A stretch of DNA of 64,000 nucleotides from Callorhinchus milii (lineage: Eukaryota), in contig NW_024704743.1 of NCBI RefSeq assembly GCF_018977255.1, forward strand, positions 115,074,001 to 115,138,000, written 5' to 3'. The notes beneath the pieces are model-generated. The model ran no database searches. It saw only the letters and a program-made list of their open reading frames with translations, and was not told the origin of the DNA. Shown in pieces: positions 1 to 26,830 of the stretch. A program made the position numbers and the translations under genes. The number at the start of each line of letters is the position of its first letter. Position 1 is the stretch's first letter.

Positions 1-605
1 CGATTTAACATTGCACTTGAAAAACAACAACTCTGACAATGCAGTGTTATCCTAGTCATAGGAACAGGAGTAGGCCATTCAGCCCCTCGGGCCCAGTCCA
101 TCATTCTATAAGATCATGGATGATCTGTACCTCAACTCCAGATACCCCATATCCCTTTAGAGTCCACAGTCAGTCTCGACTGTAAACTCAAAGTCCCATC
201 GTGGACATTGAACCCACAAGCTGTAGAAGTGATTTTGCTATCATATAAGCCAGACTGTCCCTGGAATATATTGAATGCACACACAAGACCTTTTAAACCT
301 ATTTCCCTGAAAGTAATAATAACAATATCATAGAATCATAAAATTATACAACACAGAAGGAGGCCATTCGACCCATTGTGTCTGTGCCGACTCTTTGAAA
401 AGAGCTATCCAAATCAATCCCACTCCCCCGCGCTCTCCACAATATTACAGTAATGGTCGTGGAGATCTAACAATGGGCCTGAATATCAGACAATTTTGCT
501 CTTAGCCTTTTTCTGATTGTGGTAGCAGATGAAAACCACACTCACAAGATTCATCCAGGTTATTTACTTGAAGGATTTTTATGCATTCAGGGAAAAGGGT
601 TTTAC

Positions 606-15128
<14,523 letters not shown>

Positions 15129-15130
15129 GT

Positions 15131-15308
15131 CCCCGACCCCAACCCCGACCCCAGCCATAACCTCAACCCCAACCCCAACCTGAACCCCCGACCCCAGCCG
15201 CAGCCCCCAACCCCTGACCCCAACCCCTGACCCCAACCCCCGACCCCAGCCCCAACCCCTGACCCCAGCCGCAGCCGCAGCCCCCGACCCAACCTCCGAC
15301 CCCAGCCC
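15131..15308 (-). repeat. G-rich hexamer array (GGGGTT/GGGGTC/GGGGCT) directly 5' of the MCMDC2 ATG
   Basis: About 25 runs of C4 on the + strand. Confidence 0.9.
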
Positions 15309-15357
15309 AGGGCAGCTCAGAGCCCCTGTCAGGACAGGCTCCTGAGGAGACAGCTCT

Positions 15358-15860
15358 CACACACACACACACAGACTGACTGACTGACTGACTGAGGGGC
15401 AGTGACACACACACACACACACACTGACTGACTGACTGAGGCAGTGACACACACACACACACACAGACTGACTGAGGGACAGTGACACACACACACACAC
15501 AGAGACTGACTGAGGCAGTGACACACACACACACACACAGACTGACTGACTGACTGAGGCAATGACACACACACACACACACTGACTGAGGGGCAGTGAC
15601 ACACACACACACACACAGACTGACTGACTGAGGCAGTGACACACACACACACACAGACTGACTGAGGCAGTGACACACACACACACACAGACTGACTGAC
15701 TGACTGAGGCAGTGACACACACACACACACACACAGATTGACTGACTGAGGCAGTGACACACACACACACACACACACTGACTGACTGAGGGGCAGTGAC
15801 ACACACACACACACAGACTGACTGACTGAGGCAGTGACACACACACACAGACACAGACAC
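15358..15860. repeat. Compound (CA)n-(CTGA)n-ggcagtga higher-order satellite
   Basis: Repeated blocks of gcagtga(ca)n ga(ctga)n. Confidence 0.97.
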
Positions 15861-15869
15861 AGGTCAATC

Positions 15870-16030
15870 CCAGACCCCGGGGCTCGGCTCAGTCACCGCT
15901 CACTGACCACAAGCAGCAGCAGCAGCAGCAGCGCCACCTCCTGAGCCAGTGGGGGCGGAGGGACTGGACTGTACCGGCAGAGGGGTTACAGGCAGAGAGA
16001 GAGATGACGGGCGGAGAGGAGACAGGTAGT
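15870..16030 (-). promoter_or_regulatory. Probable MCMDC2 promoter/non-coding first exon
   Basis: Locally GC/CpG-rich, GC box GGGGCGGAG at ~15952, CTCF-like motif at 15929-15947, donor-like GCG|GTGACT at ~15896, short (CAG)n. Confidence 0.45.
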
Positions 16031-19000
16031 GGGTACGTTATATAGAGAATAGTACAGGCAGAGGGGGATACAGTCAGTCGCACAAAGAAGGATATACTCT
16101 TGACAAGTGTACAGGAAATATTCATGTCGTACAGTATTACAATGATGATAACAATTATAATCCTCGCATTTGGTACAGCGCCTTATCACGTCGTTGAGAC
16201 GTCTCAAAGCGCTTCACACAATATACTGTAACGTGAATTGACCTTATATTTTTTAGGGCAAAAAGCTCGCTATCATTTACATTAACGTCTCTAATATGTC
16301 CGCTGAGTCGGAGTGATTTGCCGGCGTCTCCCACTGCATCTCAGCTTCACAGTTGAAAATCGTCGACCCATTTTCCGGAGTAGGAAAATGGGAAAATAAG
16401 CCCCAATTCACTGGAACCGTGGATTCAGTTCCAGAGCAGCAGCAAAAAAAAAAGTCTATTTTGTGCTGGAGAAAAAAAAGGGAACGTGGGATTTGAACCC
16501 CAGTCCTTGCCCTGCAATGCTGCTTCCCAAAGTGGCAGCGGAGGGACTTTTCTTGAGAGGGACCTGTGTGCAGAGCATGTCCTGCAGGAGATGGAGCAAG
16601 TAAGGCAAGGTCTAGGACATGCTAAGTGTTCTGTTGGACTGCGGAAGGAGTGGGCAGAAAGGCGATGCAATTAACATGTCTTTGTGCAGTTATGGGTGCA
16701 CTCCACCAGAAGGCAGCAAACGTTCACTCCGCAGTTAGATAGATAGTAAATTTACATTTATTTACACAGCGTCTTTATACAGCTTCCCAAAGCGCATTCA
16801 CAATGATGAGCGCTGGGGGTGGGAGCCAAGGAGAGTGGGCTGGGGCGGAGCAGGGAACGATGACCGAAAGCACCGTCAAACATGTATGTTTCGAGATGTG
16901 GCTTGAAAGAGGGGCAGGAAGGGACTCTGGGATGGAGTTCCAGAGATTGGGACAGAAAGGCTGAATTGTGGTGAGACGGGGTGGGGGGGCATAGGAAGTG
17001 GGGACATGAAGCAGATTGGTGCTCACTGTGCGAAGGGATTGGCAGTTTTCATTAACATTTCAAACCATGGTTAGATCCACAATAATCCTTCCATTTGATA
17101 CTATGCCTTATCACGTAGTCAAAACTGGATTTCACTGTAAAGCATAGGGATTGTGTATATTTGTAGGTGAATGTGGCAGCCAATTTGTGCACAACAATGT
17201 GCCATAATCCTCGTCCTTGCCTTCAAGGCCCTCCACAGCCTTGCTCCTTCCTACCTCCTACCTAACCCTACATTGACCTGTCCGCTCCCTCTGCTCGGCA
17301 GGCTCTGGCCTGCTCCACGTACCCCGCCCAGCCAAGCCCGCCCCTCCTTTGCCTCCTTTAAATCAAGTCTCAAGACCTTCCTCTTTGACCGGGCATATGG
17401 CCACCCTCCCTGATCCCAAGCCCCTGCTCAGGTCCAAATCCCTGACCAGGATGTCCAGCACCTTGGGACGTCCTCCCGACATGAAAGCGCTTTACAAATG
17501 TAATTTGTTGTCGTTGTTATAAACAGCAGTGGCAACAGCAGAAGCGGCAACCAGTATGTAATGGTGATGTGCCAAGTCTCAGCCACGATCACACAACTGT
17601 ACATGTGCACCAGCTCCACCCCATCTTCGTTCATCTTTTTGTGACCAATGAACAATAATACATACATACAGACATACATACATACATACATACATTTATT
17701 TGTAAGAAGATTACCATAAAGCAGAAGATGTGAATGGCATTAACACTGACCAAGCATTTATTGCAACATTTACTGATTAAGACTGCAACTTTGGTTTATT
17801 ATAATTAATGCCACTTACTCCAGTCTATATTCGAGGGCTGTCCAAATCATCGGCCTATGTGCTGCAGTTTTTTGCTGCCAAACTACAACAACAACAAAAT
17901 TACATTTACAGAGCGCCTTTCACGTCGAGAGGACGTCCCAAGGAGCTACAAGTAGGATATACAGCACAGATGGAAGGAATAGAGCGTAGGTTTATGAACA
18001 TGATACCAAGGCTGGCAGGTTACTGCTATCAGGTTAGATCGGACAGGCTTCACCTTTTTTCACTAGAGAAAAGACATTTAAGAGAAGACCTTAACGGAAA
18101 TGTTTAAAATTATTAAAGGGTTTGATAAGATTAGCATAAATAGACTATTCCCACTGGTTGTGGAGTCCGTAATCAGGGGACACAAGTAATAATAATAATA
18201 ATAATAATAATCCTTGCATTTGACATATGCACTTTATCACATTGTTGAGACGTCAAGACAGTTGACTAGGGAATCAAAACGACAAGGGAATAGAAGGGTA
18301 TGGGAATGAGTAAAGGGTGGACAGAGACTCATGCATAATCACCAGTATGAACCAGTTGGGATTAATGGTTTGTTTCCGTGCTGTACATTCTTTGTAAATA
18401 TTTAGAAGATGTGTAAACTTCTTTGCACCACTGCCATTAGTTTAAAAAATACAACAAGCAGAAAAGCCACCAGTGTCCAGAAGGTGGTGCTTTTGCATTA
18501 TTCCCACAATTTACCATTGAGAGCGAAAGGAATCTGACACTACAATAGAGTAAATATTCATGTTTTATTACACACCTTGTCCATTAGGTGGGTTAAGCAG
18601 ATCCTGTAATCTTTGTTAACTGTATAATTACGGACACCTGTATAAATGCAGTTACACATGGTTTGTATCTCGTATAAGATCATTTCAGACTTTAATAGGT
18701 TTTTTTATGCACGTCAGAAATATTCATTCGCAAGCAAAGCCTCACTGTTCTATTATAGTGACTGTGTTTTGTGGTGAACATGGCAGCTAATTTGCTCACC
18801 ACAATGTTCCACAAACAGCCACAAAAAAGCAAATCTACAGAAACACTATTTCAGTGAGTGAAACCTGTGGAACAGGCTCCCGAGGGAGACTGTTGAAGCA
18901 GGAAATGTTGATTCCTTCAAACACAGATTAGATAGTTTTCATTTAGGAAATAACATTGTGGGATATAGTACATAGATAGTTTGGGAGCAATTGGCTGCTG

Positions 19001-21914
19001 CGTTTTGCCCATAAAATATATAGTCAATTCACTTAACAATGTATCATGTGAAGTGCTTTGAGATGTCTCAACAACGTGATGAGGCACTTTATCAAATGTA
19101 AGGATTATTATTATTATTATTATTATATTGCATGCAACTGCCAGGAGGTGGAAGGCTATCTTGATGAACCATGGTCTTTTTTTCGTCTAGTATTTCTTAT
19201 GTTCTTATAAATTCTAAATTTAAAATGTTCTAAAATTCTGCTCCAACTTCAATCTTAGGACTAGGGCCATTAGAGATTTTCACCTTAAAGTGTTTTTTAA
19301 GATTAAAAAAAACTTTTATCAAATGGTAGCGAGATTACCTTTGGCAAGTGGGATGTGCTTTACTCAACTTGTTTCATAGTCCAAAGCCTTCTGCACTTTA
19401 GACTGCCCAGAATTTCTTCTGTGTTCATCCTCCCAGTGTATCTCTAGTACACTAATGTATCTCTGATACTCTAGTGTATCTCTGAAACACCAATCTTACC
19501 TTCAAGGTAGAGTGCTCAAAAATGCACATAGTTTTCTAACTGTGGCCTCAGGAGAGATCTGTACAAAGTTGGAAGAACCTGTTTTGTCGGATAATCAAAT
19601 GGCCTTGAAATGCTTTCCAGTATTTGATCAGCCTTGTTGATAGAAATGTAGGAATACCACTTCTTGAATTCATATAGCAGCCGTCATGCAGGTTGGTGTG
19701 TTGAAGCCCTGCCCAATGGGGGTTGGGACACCTAGCAAGGGGGGAGTGGGGTGGGGGAGCATGTTGTGGGGAGTGGTGTGGGGGGTTAGGGGATGGTAAC
19801 CATAGACTCAGTTCAAAAGGTAATAATAATCTTTTTTATTTGATTTATTGCGCCTTTCACGTCAGGGGAATGCTTTGAAGCACGTCATTGGAATTACTGT
19901 ACTGTATACATTTGTAGGCAAATAGGCCAACAATTTGGTACAACAATGTCCCAGTTTACATAATGATGGCTCATCTTTTCAACCCATTTCTCTACACCGT
20001 TAGACACTTGCATCCCGTGTATCTACCCATCTCCCTTTTAAATATCCCAATCGATTCTGTCTCTATGTTCTTCCAGAGCATGTGTTTCACATTGCTGCGA
20101 TCCTCTGGGTGAAGGTAACTGCTTTCCCATTGAAAATGCTTACGCAGCACGGACATTCATCAAACTCCAATGCTTTCCCAATGCTCCAATGATATTATTT
20201 CACCAAAGGACCCCATTTGACTGTGTAAATGCAAGTTGTTGTTGACTGTAGCATTAGGCCTTTACCCCTCTTGTGATCTTATGACAGGAAACCACCATCT
20301 CCCATCATAGGATCACAAGAGAGATTTGATTGAAGAAGGATATTTAACCACTTCCACAAAACCACTCCCTCCCCTTGGGTAGATATTCATCCTGGATCTG
20401 GACTCGATCCATTAACTTAGCATTTCAGAGTGAACTGAACAAATAGTCAGATTCAGTTTTAACTTTGAAGACCGTTTTTCTGTCAATTTTAAACAAATCC
20501 TACATTAAAAACTGCTTCAGAAATAAGGCAGGGTTTAAGAATTTGCCGAATTCTGGGTGCTGAAGAAATACAATACAATATCATTTACATTGATATAAGA
20601 TCTTTCAAGTCGGGAGGACGTCTCAAAGTGCTTGGAAATGCGACATTAATAGAGTAAGTAGACAAATTTTATCCTTCCCATTACTTCCCAGTCTTCCCAT
20701 TACTGTTTCTTAAATGAGTTTACAAGCTCTGCCACGTTATTGTATATTTTATTACACTGAAATTCAGCCTTGATTTGTTTCCTGTGCAGCGCGCTTTACA
20801 CAGTGCAGGGGTCAGCTTGGCTCACTTGTAGCATTCCTGTCTCTGGATCTCACCTCCGACCCAATTCAACTTTAAAACTTCAGTCTGCTGGTGGAGTGGC
20901 TTAAGCTGCAGTTTGTGGATCAGGACGGTGGAATGCTTGAATGGTGTTTTCTCTGGTTCCCAGCCAAGGCTGCATCAGTATATATTGTAGCAAAGCAGTT
21001 GTATATATAATACAAAAACAATATCACCTGTGTGCATAAATCTGATCTAGAAAAGTTAACAGTCCAGAAATGATCAAGGAAAATGCAATGTCTGTCTCAA
21101 TCCCTCCACCTCACCTCCTCTTTATCTAAGTTTAAGTCCCACTTTAAGACCTATTTCTTCAACCATGCCTATGGTCACCTCCCCCTTCTCCTTTACTCAG
21201 TGTCCAATTGCACCAATGTGCAGCCCTCGAAATGGTGTCCTGAGTGAAAGGTTTCATGTAAATTCTAGTTATTGTTGCTGTTGGGTATATCTCACAGAGA
21301 AATATTGAACCACTGCCGTCTCTATATTAATTTCGGTGGAGGCCACATCCACATTTCAGATTCCTCTCTCCTCAGTCCAGAAATATAGAATCAAAAAGTA
21401 TAAATTACACAAAACCACATAACCCCCTTTAACCACCAAACTGTGGTGGTCAGTCAGCAATATGAAACACTTTCAAATGTCCTCCTGCCATGAAAGGTGC
21501 TTCCATTACTGAAAGAGAGAACATAAGAGAGAAGGGAAAGAGGTTATGGGAGGGAATAAAGAGTGGGCAGAGACTTGTGTGGAGCGTAAACACCTGCATG
21601 GACCGGTTGGGCTGAGTGGCCTGTTTCCGTACCGTCCAATCTTTGTAAATGTTTGTACATAGTAGATGCTATTGGGGAAAACTAGAGGTAAAAGAGAAGG
21701 TTCTTGAAATAGGATTGCTTTTTGTTTCATTCACCCCCATTGTTCAATGCTCCGAGATCCCTCCCCACCCTTACATGAAAGGTGCGATATAAATGCAAGT
21801 TGTCGGTGTTCTAGTTTTTGTGCAAAAACTGGTAAGCCGGTAGTTTGTTTTGCTGACTTGAGCACCGCTTAAATTTACGCTTTCTCTTGTAGTCGTAAAG
21901 TACTGATCATCAAT

Positions 21915-22586
21915 TATTCCACATCTGCGCCATGACCCGCTCTACCTTCCCCCACCTCCACCACTGTCTCACACCACAGAGGCTGCTGAAACCCTCATAC
22001 TTGCTTTCATTACATCGAGGCTTGACTATGCAAACTCATTGCTCGTCGGCCTCCCCAGCTCCTCCCTCCATAGGCTACAGATCATCCAGAACTCTGCAGT
22101 TCATGTCCTCTCCTGCACAAGGCTCCGTGACCCCATCGTCCCCATCATCACCCGACTCCATTGGATTCCCATCACACAGAGGATACAGTTCAAGATCCTG
22201 GTCCTCACCTTCAAAGCCCTCCATGGTCTTGCTCCCCCCTATCCGCGACTTCCTAACCCCCTACCATCCTGCTCGCTCCCTCCGATCAGTGGGCTCCAGC
22301 TGTCTTCATGTTCTCCGCCTCGCTCGCCCCACTATTGGCGGGCGGGCCTACTGCCACTCTACCCCCACCTGCTGGAACTCCATCCCACAGTCCCTCCGCC
22401 TTGCCTCCTCCCTTGCCACCTTCAAGACCCACCTCAAGACCATGCTTTCAATCTTCCTGCTTCCCCTCCGCCCTTCACCCTCCCCGACTCTGACCCCCAG
22501 CTCGGGTCCGAAACTCTGTCCAACGCCTTGGGACGTCCTCCCAAAGTGAAAGGCGCGATACAAATGTAATTTTGTTGTTGTTGTTA
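21915..22586 (+). mobile_element. 5'-truncated L2 LINE
   Basis: LQIIQNSAVHVL...LHWIPITQRIQFKILVLTFKALHGLAPPY; stem-loop plus (TTG)n tail. Confidence 0.92.
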
Positions 22587-23850
22587 TTTAGAAAAGCATG
22601 TTTGGGTGACAACCTTGCGAGAATTGTGTTATGTTCATTCTCTTTAAAGGCGCTTTAAGCATTCAGTAACTGTTACATTCAATTCTGACAAATTCACCAC
22701 AGCCAAGGTTTAAAGGCACACCCTTTAATATCACTTCTCCTGTTCCAAAAAGTCATGCAGACTATCTTAATATAAACTTGCATCTGGCTTACCAAGTTCT
22801 TGCTGAATGCAAGTTTTCAACTCCCATTGGGTCGAGTGGTCATAATAAAGTGCCTTGTGATTGACTTAACCCCAGACCTCCGTTACTTCACTTTTTTTTG
22901 CTGAAGAGGGAAATAATCCAATTTCATTTTTTGTTCATGTTTAAAGCAGACTCGGAAATTGCTGCTCCATTGTCAAACTGTGAAATGAAGCAGCATGATT
23001 GCAAATTAGTGTCTTTGAATTTGCATTGTGGTTTAGAAAACTGAGCCTAGCAAAAAGTAGTTGCCTGCCTCTCACAAGATATGTCTATTATATGGAAACG
23101 ATATAGACGTTTCCAGTTGTGCTAATTGTTTGAAACCCGCACTAACAAATGTTGAATGACTGACCAGTGACGATCTTTTCTGCGAGGGAGGGAAAGAGAT
23201 GGAAACTGACTTGGGAACAGCATAGTTTTCTGCCTGTTCAAGACTTAATGTGATGAGTAGATTTGCCATTGTTCTGAAAATAATAATAATACTAATAATC
23301 CTTGCATTTGATATAGGGCCTTATAACGTCTTCGAGACATCTCAAAGCACTTCACAGAATATATTGTAAAGTGAATTGACTATATATTTTGTGGGTGATG
23401 CATCCAATATTAACATATCAACACCTTGCTCTACATGCTTCCTTTCCAATGAAAGGCGCTATATAAATGCAATTTGGTGATATTGTTGTGTAGCACCTTA
23501 TCACATTGAAACTTGTCAAAGACTTGTCGAAAAATGAGGCAGCCATTTTGTGTAGAGCAAGGTCTCGCAAAGAGATTCGAATGTTGGCCAGGACACTCTG
23601 AGGCCCTTCTTTCTCTCTTTTTTGCTCTAATTATATCATGGGATTTTTAACGTCCATATGAACAGGCTGACAGAACCTCAGTTTAGCATTGCACACAAGG
23701 GATGGCTTCCCCAGCACTTCTTCAGAGCGTCAGCCTAGAGTCATGATGCAGGTAGGGCACGTTAAAGAATTTACTCTCGTCATCAGTCCCTGGGACATGT
23801 CAACCCAGTTTTTTCGATTCATGTTGATCCATACTTCAAGGAACTTAATC

Positions 23851-24681
23851 CAGTAGAGATCCGGTTTGCGGTCACCTCAGTAATCCAGCCACCTCACAAT
23901 CGTGGGCACATTTTCACAGTCTCTTTCATTGTCAATGTTAAAAGATAGGCCGTCTGTTGGCTTCAGTAAACCGGGCAACTCACTATTCAGGACAATGGTC
24001 ATTGATTGCGACTGCCACGGTGCCTTCATCCGCTTCAAACACGGTACAGATACCCCCCTCTGCTACTAACCTGTATAGTACACAGTGAGCTTGGGCTTCT
24101 CGCACTGTTCCCTCGACGCTGCTATTTTGGGCAGAGTGGGCTCCATTCAGTTGGGAGTGTTGGGATTGCGGAAGGGGCGCGAGCGGGAAATCGACTTGGC
24201 CCGAAGCCTGCGGCCTAACCTGAGCCCCTGCAGCCAATTCTTGGTCAGTACTGTATTCAGAGCACGTGGTTTGTGTGTCCATTGTTTGTTTTGATTTGGT
24301 GACTGTTGACAAGTGCTGTGAACATGCCACCACGGGAGGAGTTGTCCTCACGTGAGAGAGTGGATCTAATCCAAAACAGTGAGGGCAAAAGTCGTAGACA
24401 GTTAGGTGTGATCCATGGCATTGGCACAACACAAGTTGGACACGTTCTCAAAAGGAAGGCTGGATACATGACAAGTTGTGTTTTCATTGTGACAATGCCT
24501 TTATTTTAATGTGATTGCCAAATATGGTTGTTGAGTGTTCATCACTCTCGTCCATTACCAATACCCTTAAGGTTATATCAGTGACCTGATTCACCCGACC
24601 TGTTTCAGTACTCAGGTCACCTCACTAAGTAGGTCCCTTTTGCCCAGTCCCTTGAGTGACTGGTTTATTGAGGTTCTGCTG
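23851..24681 (+). mobile_element. Tigger/pogo-like non-autonomous DNA transposon retaining the N-terminal HTH
   Basis: CAGT...CTG|TA termini with degenerate inverted repeats; ORF 24324-24470 resembles a psq/CENP-B_N HTH. Confidence 0.72.
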
Positions 24682-25849
24682 TATTGTGCTGATGTAAGCT
24701 CACTCTCAAACATGTTTTTCTTTTCCCATGTTGTCAGCCTTTGCAGCTTCTTATATATATATATATATATATAGAGGGAACTTCTGTTTACAGTTAGTTC
24801 ATTGTGCCTTTTATCAGGTGAAATGTCTCAAAAGCATTTCACAAACAATTGCTATGAATGTAGTGGCTATTCTCTATGCAAACATGGTAGCTTCTGTGCC
24901 CGTAAGGTCCTACAAACAGTCATGAGATAAATTAGGTCAAATACAGATAATAATAATAATACTTGCATTTGATATAGCACCTTATCACGTCGTCGAGACG
25001 TCTCAAAGTGCTTCACAGGATATACCGTAAAGTCGTGTGGCTATGTATTTTGTGGGCAGCAGCTAATTTCTGCACAGCAATGTCCCATGTGGAGTGAGTG
25101 ACCAATGTATGTATTATAATGTATAATGGCCCAATTTATCTGGACAATTGCTGCCTAGCGCTGGGAGAAGCCGGCCGCAGTGTTTGAATAATACCACGGG
25201 AGACTTGAAGACTTGAGACGGTCCAGATGGAGCTTCATTATAAGATCTCATCTGAAGGAAGACACTTTAGACTCCCCTTGAAATACTCTGCAATCTCTGC
25301 CTGGACAATGGTCTGTTGCACGCCTTGTGAAGTAGGGAATTCTGAATGTCCTTGATACAATAATGACCATTAAATGGTTTAATAATCTGATAGACAATCT
25401 TTTTCATTGATTGTTGGTTCTATAATGAAGGGCGCTAATTCTCTCTGTGTACGCGTGCTTATACACATTTATACATTGTGCAAAATAAAACCGGATTTAC
25501 CATAATCCCTGTGAGTTTGAGCTGTAACATGAAGCAAAGCCAAAGGAGCTGTCAACAGATTATTGTACAGGATGGCAGTTTGCAAACGTCTGGCTGATGG
25601 TTGTGAAATTCTCTGAAGGTACAATTGAAACATACCTGGTTATATGATGGAACCCATAAAACAGATACTTGTCACGCTGTAAAACCAGTTTCAACCTTGC
25701 CTATCCACTGTCTAATCTGAGTGTTCCTGGATATACTTTTTATATTCTATTTAAAAGCTTGAGGACAGAAGGCTCTGTTTCTGTAAGCGCTCTGGGTCGC
25801 TACCCACGTGAAGGGCGCTATATAAATGCAAGTTGTCGTTTGGTCTAGC

Positions 25850-26230
25850 TTGCTCTTTTTGTTTGCACGTTCTTTCTCTCTCTGAGTCTCTTCTTTCTCT
25901 GCCCCCCCCCCCCCATCTCTTTCTCTCTCTCTCTCTCTCACGTTTTTTAACTGCTCCTCTTTTTTTCCCTTCTTTCTCCTTCTTTCCCTCTCTATTTACT
26001 CCCTCCCTCCCCTTCCGTTCCCACTATCACTTCCCTATTCTCTGTCTCTCTTCGCACTCTTCTCTCAAGAGAGACCCCTCCCTGTCTCTCCCCTCCGTCT
26101 CTTTCTGTTTCACTCTTTTACTCACTCTCTACTTTCTCCCTCTCCAGTTTTGTCTCTCTTTTTCTTTCTCTCCCTCTCTCTTTTCATGCACACACCCTGC
26201 TGTTCCCTTCCTCTCTCTCACTCTACTCCT
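25850..26230 (+). repeat. Long CT-rich polypyrimidine low-complexity tract
   Basis: Direct reading. Confidence 0.9.
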
Positions 26231-26464
26231 GGGCATTGGAGAAATACTTGTTCGAGAGTATTGACAAGGGCCAGCTGGACTGCCATCACTCTGAGTTCAG
26301 TTCCGTCGGTGCAGTTGTCAGCTTCAGGAAAATTCCAGGAGTAAGATTTCCGATGGTGAGAATGAGATGAATTGCAAACCCATTGATACATAGTGGTTGT
26401 TTGACCTATAGAAAAACCCCCACTCTACCACACCATCAGTGCATGAAGTTGCTTCCCTAATTGG

Positions 26465-26830
26465 ATCAGTCCGGCTCAGTTAGAGGCAATCTTACTTTGA
26501 GTCAGAAGGTTAAAGTCCTCATTTAAGTTCTTGGAGGTTTGCTGTATGGTTGGAAGTCTCGTCCTTCAGATGAGACATTAAACTGAGGCCCTGTCTACCT
26601 GTTCAGGTGGACGTTAAAGATCCCATAGCATTATTCGAAACAAGATGAAAGATTCTCACGATGTCCTGGCCAACAATCCACCAAACAAAATTAGTCATTC
26701 GCGTCATGGCTGTTTGTGGGACATTGCCATTGCTGTGTGCAAACTGGTTGCCACATTCACCCACAAAAAACACAGTCACTGACTTTAAAGTATGTCCTGG
26801 CACTATATCAAATTTAAGGATTATTATTAA
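26465..26830 (+). mobile_element. Deu-domain SINE (SacSINE1/AmnSINE1-like), diverged
   Basis: gatgagacattaaactgagg...ttaaagatcccatagca...tgtcctggccaa matches the Deu domain as recalled. Confidence 0.75.

Noticed and set aside
15163..15867. Cys/Val-rich ORFs up to 234 aa
   Set aside because: Translation of the CA/CTGA satellite; the same applies to the ORFs at 52505-53193
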